From contig CAJINV010000013.1 of NCBI GenBank assembly GCA_905178155.1, positions 238,344 through 302,343 on the forward strand: a stretch of 64,000 nucleotides of DNA, written 5' to 3'. Positions within the stretch are counted from its first letter, which is position 1. Each line of letters opens with the position of its first letter. The position numbers were made by a program, and so were the translations under genes. Shown piece by piece: positions 28,401 through 39,731 of this stretch. The notes beneath the pieces were generated by a model. The model searched no databases, was not told where the DNA came from, and was given only the letters and a program-made list of their open reading frames with translations. The DNA is from Amoebophrya sp. A120. Taxonomy: Eukaryota > Protista > Dinoflagellata.

Positions 28401-29575
28401 TGACCATACGCTTCTTTCTGGTGTCCGTCTTGGGCAACGGGCTCTCCTTGGGCTTCTTGCTGATTCTGGTGGAGCATTGGCTTCGCACCTCGCTGTTCTC
28501 GGTTGTATTCAGGGTCCTCAATCGTGAAACCCACTCCCTGCTTGCGGTCACCGTTTGATGTATCCACAACAGCCACCTTTGGCAGGTCCGCCTGGTAGAC
28601 AAAATCTTGGAGTCCTTGACGCTGGTCGTTCTCGACAGCATTTCGCTGATATCGTTCTTGCGGTGCCGGCGCTCCCGCTGTGCCATTTTCGCAGTCGGCA
28701 TTGCTATCGAAACTGGTTTCTCTGTTTTCCAGCCGCCCTCTGACACTGACTGTGCTGGAGTTGCGTTTTTTTTCGCGATAGGCGTCAGTAAGGCCTGCAA
28801 GGTCATTTCTCACCCTCGGAGCCGAGGAATAACAGCTCTCGGTTTCTCTGTTCGGATTGTAGCCCGTCGACGAAAAGTCGTCTCGTGTCGACGGCCGGAT
28901 ATCAACATGGCCGCGGCCGGGCCGCGCAGCGGCAGCCGCGTTCCTGCTTATCACATCGTCCTCAATCGTACTCGTCGCCGCCGGCCTCCTGGCGTCGTTT
29001 TGCTCCTGATAGTAGGAGCTTCCATGATTGCCGGCGGACAAGGTGGTGCTCACTTCTACGCCGTCGTAGGAGAAGGTCGCGTTTCGTTCACGACCGCGAG
29101 GGTCGCGTGGCACAAGAACATTTCCCCGTTCTTGTGGCAGATCGTCCTGCTCCTCCCGTGCACCTTGCCACTCGACGTAGGCAGCCTGTTCATCTCGAAC
29201 ACCTTCTCCTTGTCCTTGTTGTCCCACGCCGGCTCCTGCATGTGCATTTCTATTTCCGGTCTGTGCATGAAAAACTTTAGCCTCGAAGTCGAACGTGGTC
29301 GCAGTATGCAACGCCGACGTTGCTTGGGTGGGAACTGGGGCGACGGGTACGGGGTAGCTTGGGACATCGTGCTCTTCTTGGACGAAGCGCGCATTGTTCT
29401 TTTCGAAGCGTCTAATATTATTGCCTGGCTCTGCTAAGTCGCGGCCGGCGGCATTAGTAGCCCTACCCTGATCTGGATGGTCGTGAGGGTGAAAATTACG
29501 TCGGCCAGATGGAATCACGGGTCGTGGGGGATTGTCTTTGTGCTCAAAATGGTAGCTGTGCCGGTCGCCGCCCAT
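22467..29575 (-). CDS. Mps1/TTK-like protein kinase fused to a single TM helix, low-complexity stalk and C-terminal Cys/Trp domain (~2180 aa, 4 exons)
   Basis: Motifs IGKGGSAEVF, YALKVV, HFDLKPANFLIVD, DFGLA, QCGTPRYMPPEA, DVWALGIILYQLLYGRAP, which resemble TTK (IGSGGSSKVF, DLKPANFLIVD, YMPPEA). Introns: ~27193-27417 (non-canonical), 23416-23680 and 22901-22979 (GT-AG). TM segment LSTIIITIIAVCLLAGATGLAV. Confidence 0.85.
27193..27417 (-). other. Non-canonical 225-nt intron with terminal inverted repeats, splitting the kinase hinge
   Basis: Removal gives LLEFADC-D-LHSFLRKN (compare TTK ECG..DL); retention hits a stop. Minus-strand ends GTATGAGAGGGAA ... TTCCCCTCCCATACCCA are imperfectly complementary and there is no 3' AG. 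Confidence 0.8.
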
Positions 29576-29759
29576 AGGGTAAATTATCTAGAGGTCGTCG
29601 CACCACAGGAGGAGCAGTCACAGTCACTGGTTCGAGGTAATAAACAGGTGATACTGCTCCGCCTGTCGATATAGTAGTTGTCGCGCCGATATTTATTTAC
29701 AACTTGTTTTACTCGAAACAATGTAGTACCAAGAAACTCTTTATTCCGGGGAACAAGGG

Positions 29760-31760
29760 CCAATAATGCATGCGGCACAATCTGGACCTCATTCAGAAAG
29801 CTGCTCGTCCCTGATGCACTCTCCCACTTTTATTTGTGTCCTTCGGACCTCCACCAGGGATTACGAGCTTCTGAGGCTTTCAGAAACGTCGATAAACTTG
29901 CCCGTGCGAAAATCTTCTCTCGGGTTTGGCAGAAAAATGTCCATCCGTGTGCGTTCCACTGTGCAAAACTCCTGTCTAAAGATTAAAACTAGTCGCAGAA
30001 TTGTGTATAAAGTTCTAGTCGTGTGAAACTGAAACCGGTCGAAAGTGCTGTTACTTAGTTATCTACAAAAATATTCTTTTGCGACTCATGAAACTGGGAT
30101 ATGATAGTAACGTGCTGCCTTTGTGATTGACAATTCTCAGGAGCACTACATATGTTGACAGAAAAACTTCCAAGTGCCACCAGTCATCATACACTATACC
30201 AGAAACGTTGCCGTTCAAAGGCAGTTCCATAGAATCATCTAGGGGTATATCTATGTACTGAAAAAATGGTCGCCATATTACCGCGACTACAACTGCCCGT
30301 GCCTGAAGCGATGAAAAACGAATTTTTATCAAACGAGGAAATAAAGCGCATCACCAACAGCAGTGAGACGATGCCACGACGAGCGGCGATCTGAGACTGA
30401 CAAAACGACTTTGTCACGATTAGATTTTTATATGAGAGCGATTTCAATTTGAGTTTCGTTTGCGACAAGGAGCAGAGCATTACACCATCAAGCACTATTG
30501 AGTCGAACTGGCTTGTTCATGTGTAGTCGGTGAAAAGCAATGAATTTATTTCGATTTGCATCTACTGTGTTGAAGAAAGCCTCGCAGTAGTGCCATTTCT
30601 CTATTGTCTCAAGCGGCATTTCTACGACAGGATGAGCTGCCTCCAGCCGGTACTGCTGCACCATCTTAAAAATACTCAAGACCTTGGCTCTGATGGAATC
30701 GCACTGCCAGGTTAGCAGCCAGTTGCAATTCAGTGACACTTCTCAGTATAGCAAATGCAAGCCACAGACATAAGGTCCATTGCCCTGCATGCTGCAGAAT
30801 CGATTTTGAGGCTTGGTCAGCGAGTGCAGGGACGATATGATCGTTGGAGAACAGAAAAATCATTTATGAGCACAATGGATGATAATTATTTCTCTACCTG
30901 AAACCACCTGGGAGGGTAGTAAACAAGACCTCTAGAAGGGAGTTTTGGCATACACCAGAAGCCTCCGAATCGTATTTCCCGTCGTCTCCGCCTCTTGCGT
31001 ATTTTTCGCCAAACTAACTGCACGAGCCTCGGCTACTAGAAGTGCAACGCAACTTTCTCACTTTCGACAAAAGCGAGGTAGTCGCTCTGGAAGTTGCAAC
31101 TTTAACTCGTCAAACAGGTGCGACGCTGATAGTGCCTTGGTCGTGCTCCTCGTTCTCGTTGTTCTGGCTCTCGCACCATAAAATACCACAGTTGCTTTTC
31201 TGAAATCTCTTCCCGCTGCACTAAGGAATACTTTACTGGTGCATTTTTTTGTCATCGTGAAGGAGCGGTGAGGGAACCAAAAGTAGCGGTCCTTAGTCGA
31301 GCATCTTCCCAAGAGGACAGAGATCCTACCATAGCTAACATCCGGTGCCGCCAGATGCCTTGCAGCGTTGCAGAACAGCCAAAACAAGTCAAGCAGCATA
31401 TATTCATAAATATCTGGTGGTGCACCAACATCAACAAATCGATAAATTACAAAGATACAGTGAGTAAGAGTTGTACATTGTGTTGGATAGAAAAAACTTT
31501 CTGGGAATAATTTTTCCGGCAGTGTCGCAGGTAAAAATGTCGTCGTTACAAGGTGAGACGATGAAAACGAAGACTACTTCTTCTTCGTGAAGATAGTTGT
31601 AAGTGTTTCGGTTTCTGTTTTTGGATAAACTACTATCCGATCGTCCTTCTGCTGGTCGTGTGAAAAAGTACAGACTTCCGTTTCGCTTTCGATGCAAGTG
31701 CAACATACAATGCTTTGGTTGGACAGCTGATGACCTAACTACAACTTTTATTAGGTTCAA
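29760..31760 (-). CDS. Possible fragmented multi-exon hypothetical gene
   Basis: Several short minus-strand, protein-like ORFs (30063-30332, 30488-30739, 30666-30863, 31058-31399, 31431-31760) separated by AT-rich spacers. No domain recognised and junctions unresolved. Confidence 0.3.
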
Positions 31761-32008
31761 AATACTAAAAAAACTCCGCTTTCACGTCGTGATAAACTCA
31801 AATTGCAAATCCGTCGAAAAATGCATTTCCGGTCGTGTGAAACTAACAGGTAAAAGCTACGCCTCATATTTTTTGCTCGAACCAGATACAAGCACGGTGC
31901 TGGCATCCACCTCTTGTCGTGTGTCTACCGCTTGAGTAGTACCTTCCGTTTGGTTGTTCGCTTTATTCAATTTCTAGGTGTTTTGCTTCCGCCCGACGCT
32001 GACACCTT

Positions 32009-34135
32009 TCAGTCCCAAGAGTGGTCTCCCATCTTGACCCGCAGACGCTGTGCTATCGAGGTGTAAAGGAACTTCGAGTGGTCAAAGAAAATGTTTTTTT
32101 TGTAATTGCAAAATCAGAATTATAATGGTGCAGAAAGAACCTCGACCAAATACCGGTTTGCAGAACAATCTTCCAGCTGATCCTGCTAATCTGCATACTT
32201 CTTACAATTCCTTGTGATGCAAAGTTAATAGATGAAACTGTTCATCGCCGATATCATGCAAAATTTTGCAATACAAACTACCCCCATGACAACTTGACTC
32301 GAACTGGTCCCCGCAAAATTCCGGATAGCATCCCAGCCCTTAATCTTTCGGTCATCCAACTTGTCCACCAAATCCTGAGCCATAGACCTGAAAAGATAAA
32401 GAAGTACGTCTTGCATGTGTAGCATGACACACACTTCTGCGATCCATTTTATTCTGCATCACAAGTTTACAGTGAAACAGTTTTTTCTTGCGATAAAACT
32501 CCGAAATTATATCAAGTCGAATTCATCTCTATACCTGCTCTTGAACTCCAAAATGCCGCAGGCCGTGCCCTGGCGGTTGCGAAAGGTGCGGGCAAACGTC
32601 ACATCCATGTATCTGTCCCCGCCCACATGCTGCCTTCCCATTTCCTTCAACTAGAGTATGGAAATGAGAAATTTCTTGCTTCTCGAGCGCAGAATTTGTG
32701 AATTTGTGTTGCATAAAACCACAGTTGTAGAGAGTGAAGCTAGCGGTAGTGCCAATGTGGTTCTGCATCACAAACTCTCATTGATTCTACGATCAAGAGC
32801 TGGAAGTGTTCTTGAATCCCATATCGGTCCAGGTCATGTCGTTCGGAATTCCTTCCAACGTGATCTTGTAAGCGCCCTCCGACAACTCACCTAGAATTTC
32901 AATTTGTAATTATGCGGAGGGAAGCATAGTGGTTTAAATTTGTCCTCCTCGGAACAAACAAATTCGCGATTATCCCTCGTCATACAGATGAAAAACCTCA
33001 AGAACAATAAAAAGCACATTCGTACATAGTACCTTTGGCCCTCGAGATGCCCTTGCGGTCGCGGTCCTTCCCCCCGCTGTGCCGGCGGCCGCGGTCACGA
33101 GAGTCGTAGCGGCCCTTGCCCCTGCCGCGGTCCCGGGAGTCGTACCGGCGCTTGCCCTTGCCCTTGGAGCCCTTCTCTGCAGTGAACTGCACGGTGATCT
33201 TGTCGTCCTTGCGGAAGGGACGAGATTGATCCAGATCTTTGATAGCGTCCTGCGCACGGGTATGGAAAGGTTGAGAAAGACCAAAGTCGTTGTACTGAAC
33301 TCGCACTACAAAAAAATCAAGTCAGTCTTTTTGAAGAAAGGAATACACAATTTTTAGACTGAATACCAATACACTCTATTCCATACAAGTTGCTCCCCTG
33401 CAACACAAGTCTTTTCTATCAAAGGCTGATGAACCGCACTACTCTAGTAGTTGCAAAAATCATTCAACTTGTTGCCGTGCGAGTTCTAGTTCAGCATGAC
33501 TGTGACTCAATTTCTGTTTCGTAATCTCCACGATCGGTAAACTCGACGAAGCAAAACGGGGGGCCCTTGCGAACGTCGCTGTTCTTCATGCGCACGTCGA
33601 CGATCTGTGATATGGAGTTTTTGATATGGAAAGGAACCATGCATCTGAAATACAGTTTATCATGCACGGACTGCAATCACAGATTTTTTCCTGTTCTTGC
33701 ACCCACCATGATTTGTCTTTCGCATATTAGATGAGTTGTGAAAGTCCCAGACAAGTATCCCGCACTTCAACTTTGTCATGCGGCAGCGGGATAGCGGGCT
33801 CCTCCTTTTCTATTGCTAAAAAAGCCTTGTGTAGTCCAAAATACATCACTATACCTTTCCGAACTTGCTGAAAACGTCGCGCACGTCGTCCTCCCGCACG
33901 GATTCGGGCAAACCACCGACCCACAAAGTGGTGCCACCTATGGAATGCAAAAGCATCGCACTCGTATAAATGCATGACAAATTCCCTCAGCATGAGAAAT
34001 TAAATTTGTAGTGCGGATTTACATTGAGAACAGAATTTGTAATGCATGCCTGCGATTAGTACGAGTACGATAGTTTTGCACAGGATACCACCGTCGCCGC
34101 CACCATTGCCACCACGGGGGCGCTCGCGGGAGATA
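32009..34135 (-). CDS. SRSF1/SF2-ASF-like SR splicing factor (RRM + pseudo-RRM), at least 8 exons
   Basis: Spliced reading: GGDGG|TTLWVGGLPESVREDDVRDVFSKFGK|IVDVRMK..GPPFCFVEFTDRGD|AQDAIKDLD..ITVQF..RYDSRDRGRGKGRYDSRD..|..YKITLEGIPNDMTWT(E/D)|LKEMGR..DVTFA..GILEFKS|RSMAQDLVDKLD..|RLRVKMGDHSWD*. RNP2 and RNP1 and an SWQDLKD-like motif are present. Start codon unresolved. Confidence 0.85.
33939..34087. mobile_element. MITE-like introner, copy 1 (149 bp, TIRs, 5-bp TSD CCACC)
   Basis: TATGGAATGCAAAAGCATCGCACT...AGTACGATAGTTTTGCACAGGATA flanked by CCACC at 33934-33938 and 34088-34092. Removing it with one TSD restores the RRM frame. Homologous to 35779-35932. Confidence 0.9.
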
Positions 34136-34236
34136 GAGCAGCGTATCAACTGCAAAAATGTCTGGGTCTGGAAGATGTCATGCAGTTTTTGCATGACACA
34201 AAATGTCCTTAGATTGTCACTGTTAATGTGTGTCTG

Positions 34237-35345
34237 CCCGAAGTACTTGTCCCCATCCGCAAAAGTGTGCACCCCCTCGCCGTTGAACAGATCGTCCTGG
34301 AACTGTCCCTCGAAGGTGTCTCCGTTCGCACGGGTCTCGGTCCCGTGGCCGTTCTTATTACCCGCCTTCCACTCTCCTACGTATTTCGTACCGTCCGATA
34401 AAATCTCGGCTCCTTCTCCGTCTTTCTTATCGAACGACCACTGACCTTCGTACTCCAACCTGGTGGTGTGTTGGGTTTCATCGTTCTCGAGGAAAGTCCC
34501 TACTCCGTGCTGCTTGCCGGATTGCCATTCGCCGATGTATTGCGTGTTATTCCACCGGTAGAGAATTCCCGTACCGTGTCGCAGTCCATCGAGAAACTGT
34601 CCGGTCATACCGAGAGCCGGAATCCGTTCTCTCGGTCCCTTCGTTTGGACTGACATCCATTTTTTCGGTAGTTCAAGTTTTGGAAAGGAACAAAAGTCGG
34701 TGGTGCGATCTATACACTTGTTGAAGAACAATCTTTTGTATTTCAATAGTAGTGCAGCGGTGCAACCTGTTCTTGAACAAAACTCGTTGAACGAGAATAG
34801 ATAAGTACAACACTAGGCAGGGGTATACTTGTAATTCAACACATTTTTTCAAAGAAGATGCCAACAAATTTGCCTCTCTTGGAAAAAAAGGGAATATCTT
34901 GTTGTGCACCTTGACCTTTTCTATGTCTTTGTAAGCAAGATAGATTTGTATGCAGGGGAGAAAGTCTAAATCTAAATCGCCTCTACTTACTTGTTCCTGT
35001 TGTTTCGCGGAAAACCTCAAAAAACAATCGCTCAAATCACAATTCACAAATAGATACAATACTTGTTGATGTTACCGTATGCGCCGTAACTTCCTCGTTC
35101 GTTTGCTGCTGGCCTTACGGAAAAAAAAAAACGCTCTTATGGAAATTATGAAAACGCCTGCCCCTGCAGAAAAAAAATGGCAATGTGTCTGTTCGACTCT
35201 AAGCCTGAAAAAAACTACCGACGAGATTGCGACACGCACGATGCCAGGAAGACGAAGGGGACCTGATCGCCTATATTCTCGCGATAAATAATATAACATG
35301 ACACCGATGGACCGAAACCCTGCCCGATCCAGGGAGATAAGGCAT
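34237..35345 (-). CDS. MORN-repeat protein (4 exons; 3' end unresolved)
   Basis: Repeats YIGEWQSGKQHGVG, YEGQWSFDKKDGEG, YVGEWKAGNKNGHG, FEGQFQDDLFNGEG. Upstream exons 35345-35295, 35073-35058 and 34944-34898 join in frame only through non-canonical introns. Confidence 0.8.
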
Positions 35346-35551
35346 GAACATCGCGTGAACAACTGCAATGCTCTGACGCCGACACGGAATACGTGCTGTA
35401 TAGTAAGAATGCGAGTTGAAAGATGTCCGATTTCGACTTGTTGGAATCAAAAATGCAATCAACGCCAAACACGTTGACAAACACAAACAACCAGCTTATT
35501 AATTATTCGTGCGTCCACTGCTTCGAAGTTCATCAGAAACTTCGAAAAAAA

Positions 35552-38146
35552 TCATGTCCACGAGTGTGCTCGGATAAGTTTTTCCGCTCTCAAGCGATAG
35601 AATTTCCTGTAGGAATCAGTGATGTTTTCTTTTGATTTTCGGCCCGTCTCGAGCCAGTACCGGTTCATCATGTAGCTGTTCACGTGGTGTTCCCACAGCA
35701 GCTCCTGCGCTAGCACCGGCGTGGCTGGTTGACCCTCCGCGAGCGGATCGTGGTCCAAAATCGCGTCTATTACCGCATTATGAAATGCAAAAGCATCGCA
35801 CTACTTAGTATAAATCGCATGACAAATTTCCTCAGCATGAGAAATGAAATTTGTAATGCGGATTTGCCTTGGGAACAAGATTTGTAATGCAAGATTTGCA
35901 TTTATACGAGTACGATACTTTTGCACAGGATACGCATTCTCCACTTCAGTCGCGTCCACATCGAGTTTCAGGAGCGTGTACGAGGCCCGACTAGAGCTCG
36001 ACGGGCCGCCACGCAGTTGCCAAGTCTCTAGCCCAGCAGAGGAGTCTTGCCTTCTGCCTCCTCCCCGGTAGGGATGCTGCTGCCCTCTGGCTTGCAACAG
36101 GGAAGGGAGCCACTGATGTCTGCGCTCGGGAAACTGCGCAATCGGGTACTGGTGTAGCACAACCGAAGTGAGGCCGATGTCCATCCGATCGCGGAGGTGC
36201 GGTGGCAGACTTGAGAGAAAATCGTCTCGAAAGAGTTCTTTCATCTTTCCCCCAAGCAACCAAGGTTTTTTGTCGGATTTCTTATCGTTTTTCTTTTCCA
36301 CGCCTTCTCCGCCCCGCTGCGTTTTTATTCTGCCGATTTCGTGCGATTCTGGAAGAACAGAAGGAGTCGATGAGGCGAGAGGTGCTCTTTCGCGGTCAGA
36401 ATGCAACTCCGGCTCTATAATTTTCGCCGCTGCGGCATACGTGGCGTCGTGGTCACCGCAGCCGGGCTCCCAACCTTCCATGGCGTCAAATTCAAAATTC
36501 CCGCTCCGTTCCCAGGTGCTCGCCAGCGAGGCGAAAGTGCGAGAAACGTTGCCGGAGTACTGCCCAGCACCAAAGTCGAAATACAGTTTCAAACCAGCGG
36601 CCGCTGACGAGTTTTTTCGCGGGAGCAGGACGGAATCTGCAGTAACTGGCAAGACAAAACTCGGATCCTGGACGAAAAACGCCTCGGGGAACGAGGCGCT
36701 AGTAGGGTCCCCTTTTGTAGAAGAAATGTCAGTGTGTTTGGCAGCGGGTTCGACCATGCCGGCTGCTCCGCCTTTCTGGTAACTACTAGTCTCCGCATCT
36801 ATGCCTGCTTCTGTTTCACTCCCATCTTCGAAATTTGGCAAAAGACTTTCGCAGCCTGCCAATGGATGCCGCAAGTGGCCGATCAGCGGCTCGATGGGCT
36901 CTTTCCGGACAAAAGTGTATGAACCGACGGGCTGGCTCGAACCCGCTTTGCCCCAGCTCCGGTACGTGTACTCGAAGTGCGAAAAGACGGCGTTGTCATA
37001 GTGCATGTGATGGACAGTGCGGCGAGCCGCAGGACGTTGTCGCCGTGCCACATGTGTTTTCAATTCTCGAGGAAGATTCCGTCGAAGCCGAAACCTGAAG
37101 GGATTGAAGTAGTAGCCGGGCCGTGGGACGACTTCTTCTTGGCCATTTTTATCACTATCCGGCGCAGTAGATGCGACTACAGAATCCGTAGCCGTGGTGC
37201 CTCGATTGATCTTCTTTTCCTCAGCAGGCGCTCCTTCGATGAAGCACCACCCGTCGACTAATGTGCTGCTCTTGATCAACTTGGTCTCGCTCCCGCCAGG
37301 AGTTTTGCCAGCTGCCGAAAGAACTGTGAGGGCATTGTGTGCATAATGGGGCCCTGCACTTTTAACAGGCTCGGATGCTGCGGCTTCCCCATTTTCCTCC
37401 GCATTCTCGTGGTAGAACGCAACTTCTTTTGCGGCATTCGCCACAACTGCGGCGGCATCTGTACCCAGGAGCTGCTGGCTCTCACGCGAAAGGGATGACA
37501 GCACTGCAGCTGCCTCAACAAGCTCGTCTTCGCTCGTCGTGATGAAAAAAGTGTCCTCACGGTGCCGCTCATACTCGCAGCCCGTCATCACAAGAAAATG
37601 CGCAAGCTCATGCCGGTGCTCGGGTGCAAGGACGGCATCGCAAATTCCCCGACTTCTTTCCAGCTCTGCGATTTCTCGCAGCCACTTGTCCTCCCATGCA
37701 GAACTCGTATACTTTGCGTTGTGGAGGAAAAAAGTTAAACTTTCCTTCGTTGCGTCCGAGACTGGCGCGCTGGTGGTGCTGAAATCTGTAGTGCCCCATC
37801 TCGTACTTTCACGCTTCCCATGCCGCGAAAATAGACTCGCAGGAACACGTAACTCGTGCTGCGGAAGCCGCTGCCGGTAGCAGTCCGGTAAAGCGAGGTC
37901 GGAATGCATCTGCGCGGCTTGTTTTATCGATTTCCGACTGGCTTTCTTGCTATGCAGGAGCTCCTCGCGAACTCGTTTTAGGCGATCTCGGCCTGTCTGA
38001 TGTCCGTAGTGCCACCGCACTCGCTCGGGGTGGTTCTCGCTCGGGCATAGGTCTGCAACTACGCCAGATTCTGGATCATGCGGGAATTTCAGCGCTGCTG
38101 CAGTGCCACTCGTCGCGCTTCGAGGAAGCTGCTTCATGTGCCGCAT
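35552..38146 (-). CDS. FkbM-like class I SAM-dependent methyltransferase domain protein
   Basis: Motifs IEPLIGHLRHP, LYFDFGAG, MEGWEP, LLKLDVDATEVENA|VIDAIL, ELLWEHHV, SYRKFYRLRAEKLIRAHSW. The last exon 35552-35774 is joined by removing introner copy 2. Confidence 0.65.
35779..35932. mobile_element. MITE-like introner, copy 2 (154 bp, TIRs, 5-bp TSD CGCAT)
   Basis: TATGAAATGCAAAAGCATCGCACT...AGTACGATACTTTTGCACAGGATA flanked by CGCAT at 35774-35778 and 35933-35937. Contains an in-frame stop; removing 159 nt restores EVENA|VIDAIL. Confidence 0.9.
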
Positions 38147-38421
38147 CGCTTGCGCTCGACGGCAAAAGTCCGAGCTCCGTGAACTACACCACTTGCGAGA
38201 CTATCCTTGATTCCATACCACATCGCGCGCACAAGTTCCGATCGATTGAGATCTTTGCTGCATGAACAAAAAAATCCAAAATCAATGGCACAAACTCAAT
38301 ATACCCCAACGAAAATTCATCAGAAACCGTAGAAGCAAAAACCCGCACGAGCGTAGCCTGTTTCTTACAGAAATCACACGCAAACCATCACTCGTCCACG
38401 GAGCCCGTCCCTACAGCAGTT

Positions 38422-39567
38422 TCATAATGCAAAGTCCAGGATGAAGACTCGCCGGGTTTTGCGGATTTTTCGCGGAAACACGTGCATGTGCGCACCGTGC
38501 AGCATGTTGGTGTCGAAAATGAATCCTCCGTACTTTTTTCCCGTCATCAGCACAGTGTCTTCCTTTCCCAAAGCGGCTTCCACTTCCCCGTCCGCAAGGT
38601 TTTTCAGATAGCCCGCGTTGCCGAAAGTGTGAGTCGCGGGAAACCAGTCCAGCCGGTGTGATCCCCGCAACAGCTTCGTCGGCCGACTGGTGAGCGGGAC
38701 ATCCTCCAGGTAGATGAAGGCCTTCAGCCGGCGGCCGCACCCGTCGTGGTGCCAGACCCCGTTGTTGTAGTCGGAGGGCTCCCAATCCTCTTTCAGCTCG
38801 TGGCACTGGATTCCGTGGTAGGAAACATCCACATCGCCGACATACCCGTGCACCAGCTTGCGCAGCAGGGACGTGGGCTGCGCCAACAACTGGTTTACCA
38901 GGTAGCGGTGCGGCAGGATGCCGGAAATGTGCCGGGCCGTGGCGTTCGAAGTAGAAGAAGGGGCGGACGAACTTGGTGTTTTCCTCCGCACACCTGCAGC
39001 GTCCTGCCCGTGCGAAGACCTGTCTGCCCCATCGTCCCTGCATTTCGAGTTTTCTTTTCGGCTTGACGTTCTCAGAATGGAAAATGTGCAAACTTTGCTC
39101 ATCCACTGACGATGCTGACATTGCCAGATTAACAACAAACCGAAAATAAACATGTAGTGCTCACACGGCGATGGAATGCTTATTCTACAGAAAACCGCGC
39201 TTGGATCATGCATTATGCTACTTGATAAAATTTCCCGACAGCAAAGCGATTCCTTTATACACCGATAAGGGGCCGCAGTTTCAGCCGTGGCACTGCTCAG
39301 GTCACCCGATCGCCCGGAAGAGTCCTCGCGTCCTGGGGGTGGCTCTGCCAACAAAGAGGCTGCGTCTACTCCGTCCGGCCACGGCAGGGAGTCCCAGTGC
39401 TCGATTTGTAGGAAGCCCTCCCGGCGAAACTGGCGAATCATGGACTGCTCCGTTGGGGATACACTGGCCCAGAAACCGCTGTCGTGCGCAAAGCCCGGAA
39501 ACCAGGCGAGCTGGTCAACTGCGAAGGTGAAACGGTTGATGCGACTCCGAAAGAAAACATCCTGCAC
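38422..39567 (-). CDS. Phytanoyl-CoA dioxygenase (PhyH)-like Fe(II)/2-oxoglutarate oxygenase
   Basis: QFRREGFLQI, WHHD (HxD), AFIYLEDV, PTKLLRGSH, FIFDTNMLHGA (distal His), RRVFIL. The ORF probably contains in-frame introns around 39070-39260. Confidence 0.8.
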   Translation of the reverse strand: MQDVFFRSRINRFTFAVDQLAWFPGFAHDSGFWASVSPTEQSMIRQFRREGFLQIEHWDSLPWPDGVDAASLLAEPPPGREDSSGRSGDLSSATAETAAPYRCIKESLCCREILSSSIMHDPSAVFCRISIPSPCEHYMFIFGLLLIWQCQHRQWMSKVCTFSILRTSSRKENSKCRDDGADRSSHGQDAAGVRRKTPSSSAPSSTSNATARHISGILPHRYLVNQLLAQPTSLLRKLVHGYVGDVDVSYHGIQCHELKEDWEPSDYNNGVWHHDGCGRRLKAFIYLEDVPLTSRPTKLLRGSHRLDWFPATHTFGNAGYLKNLADGEVEAALGKEDTVLMTGKKYGGFIFDTNMLHGAHMHVFPRKIRKTRRVFILDFAL

Positions 39568-39731
39568 GTGCCGGAACAGGGCCTGTGCCTGCAGGAAGAG
39601 CGAAGTGGTATTTCTTTGAGGTACTCCTGTAGCTGCTGGCTACACCAAGATCGGGCGACCTTATTGACTCGGCTGGAAGGCGGCTGGAGGCTGAGTTTTG
39701 CTCCACTTCTTGGTCCTGCAGGTTGCTTCCG

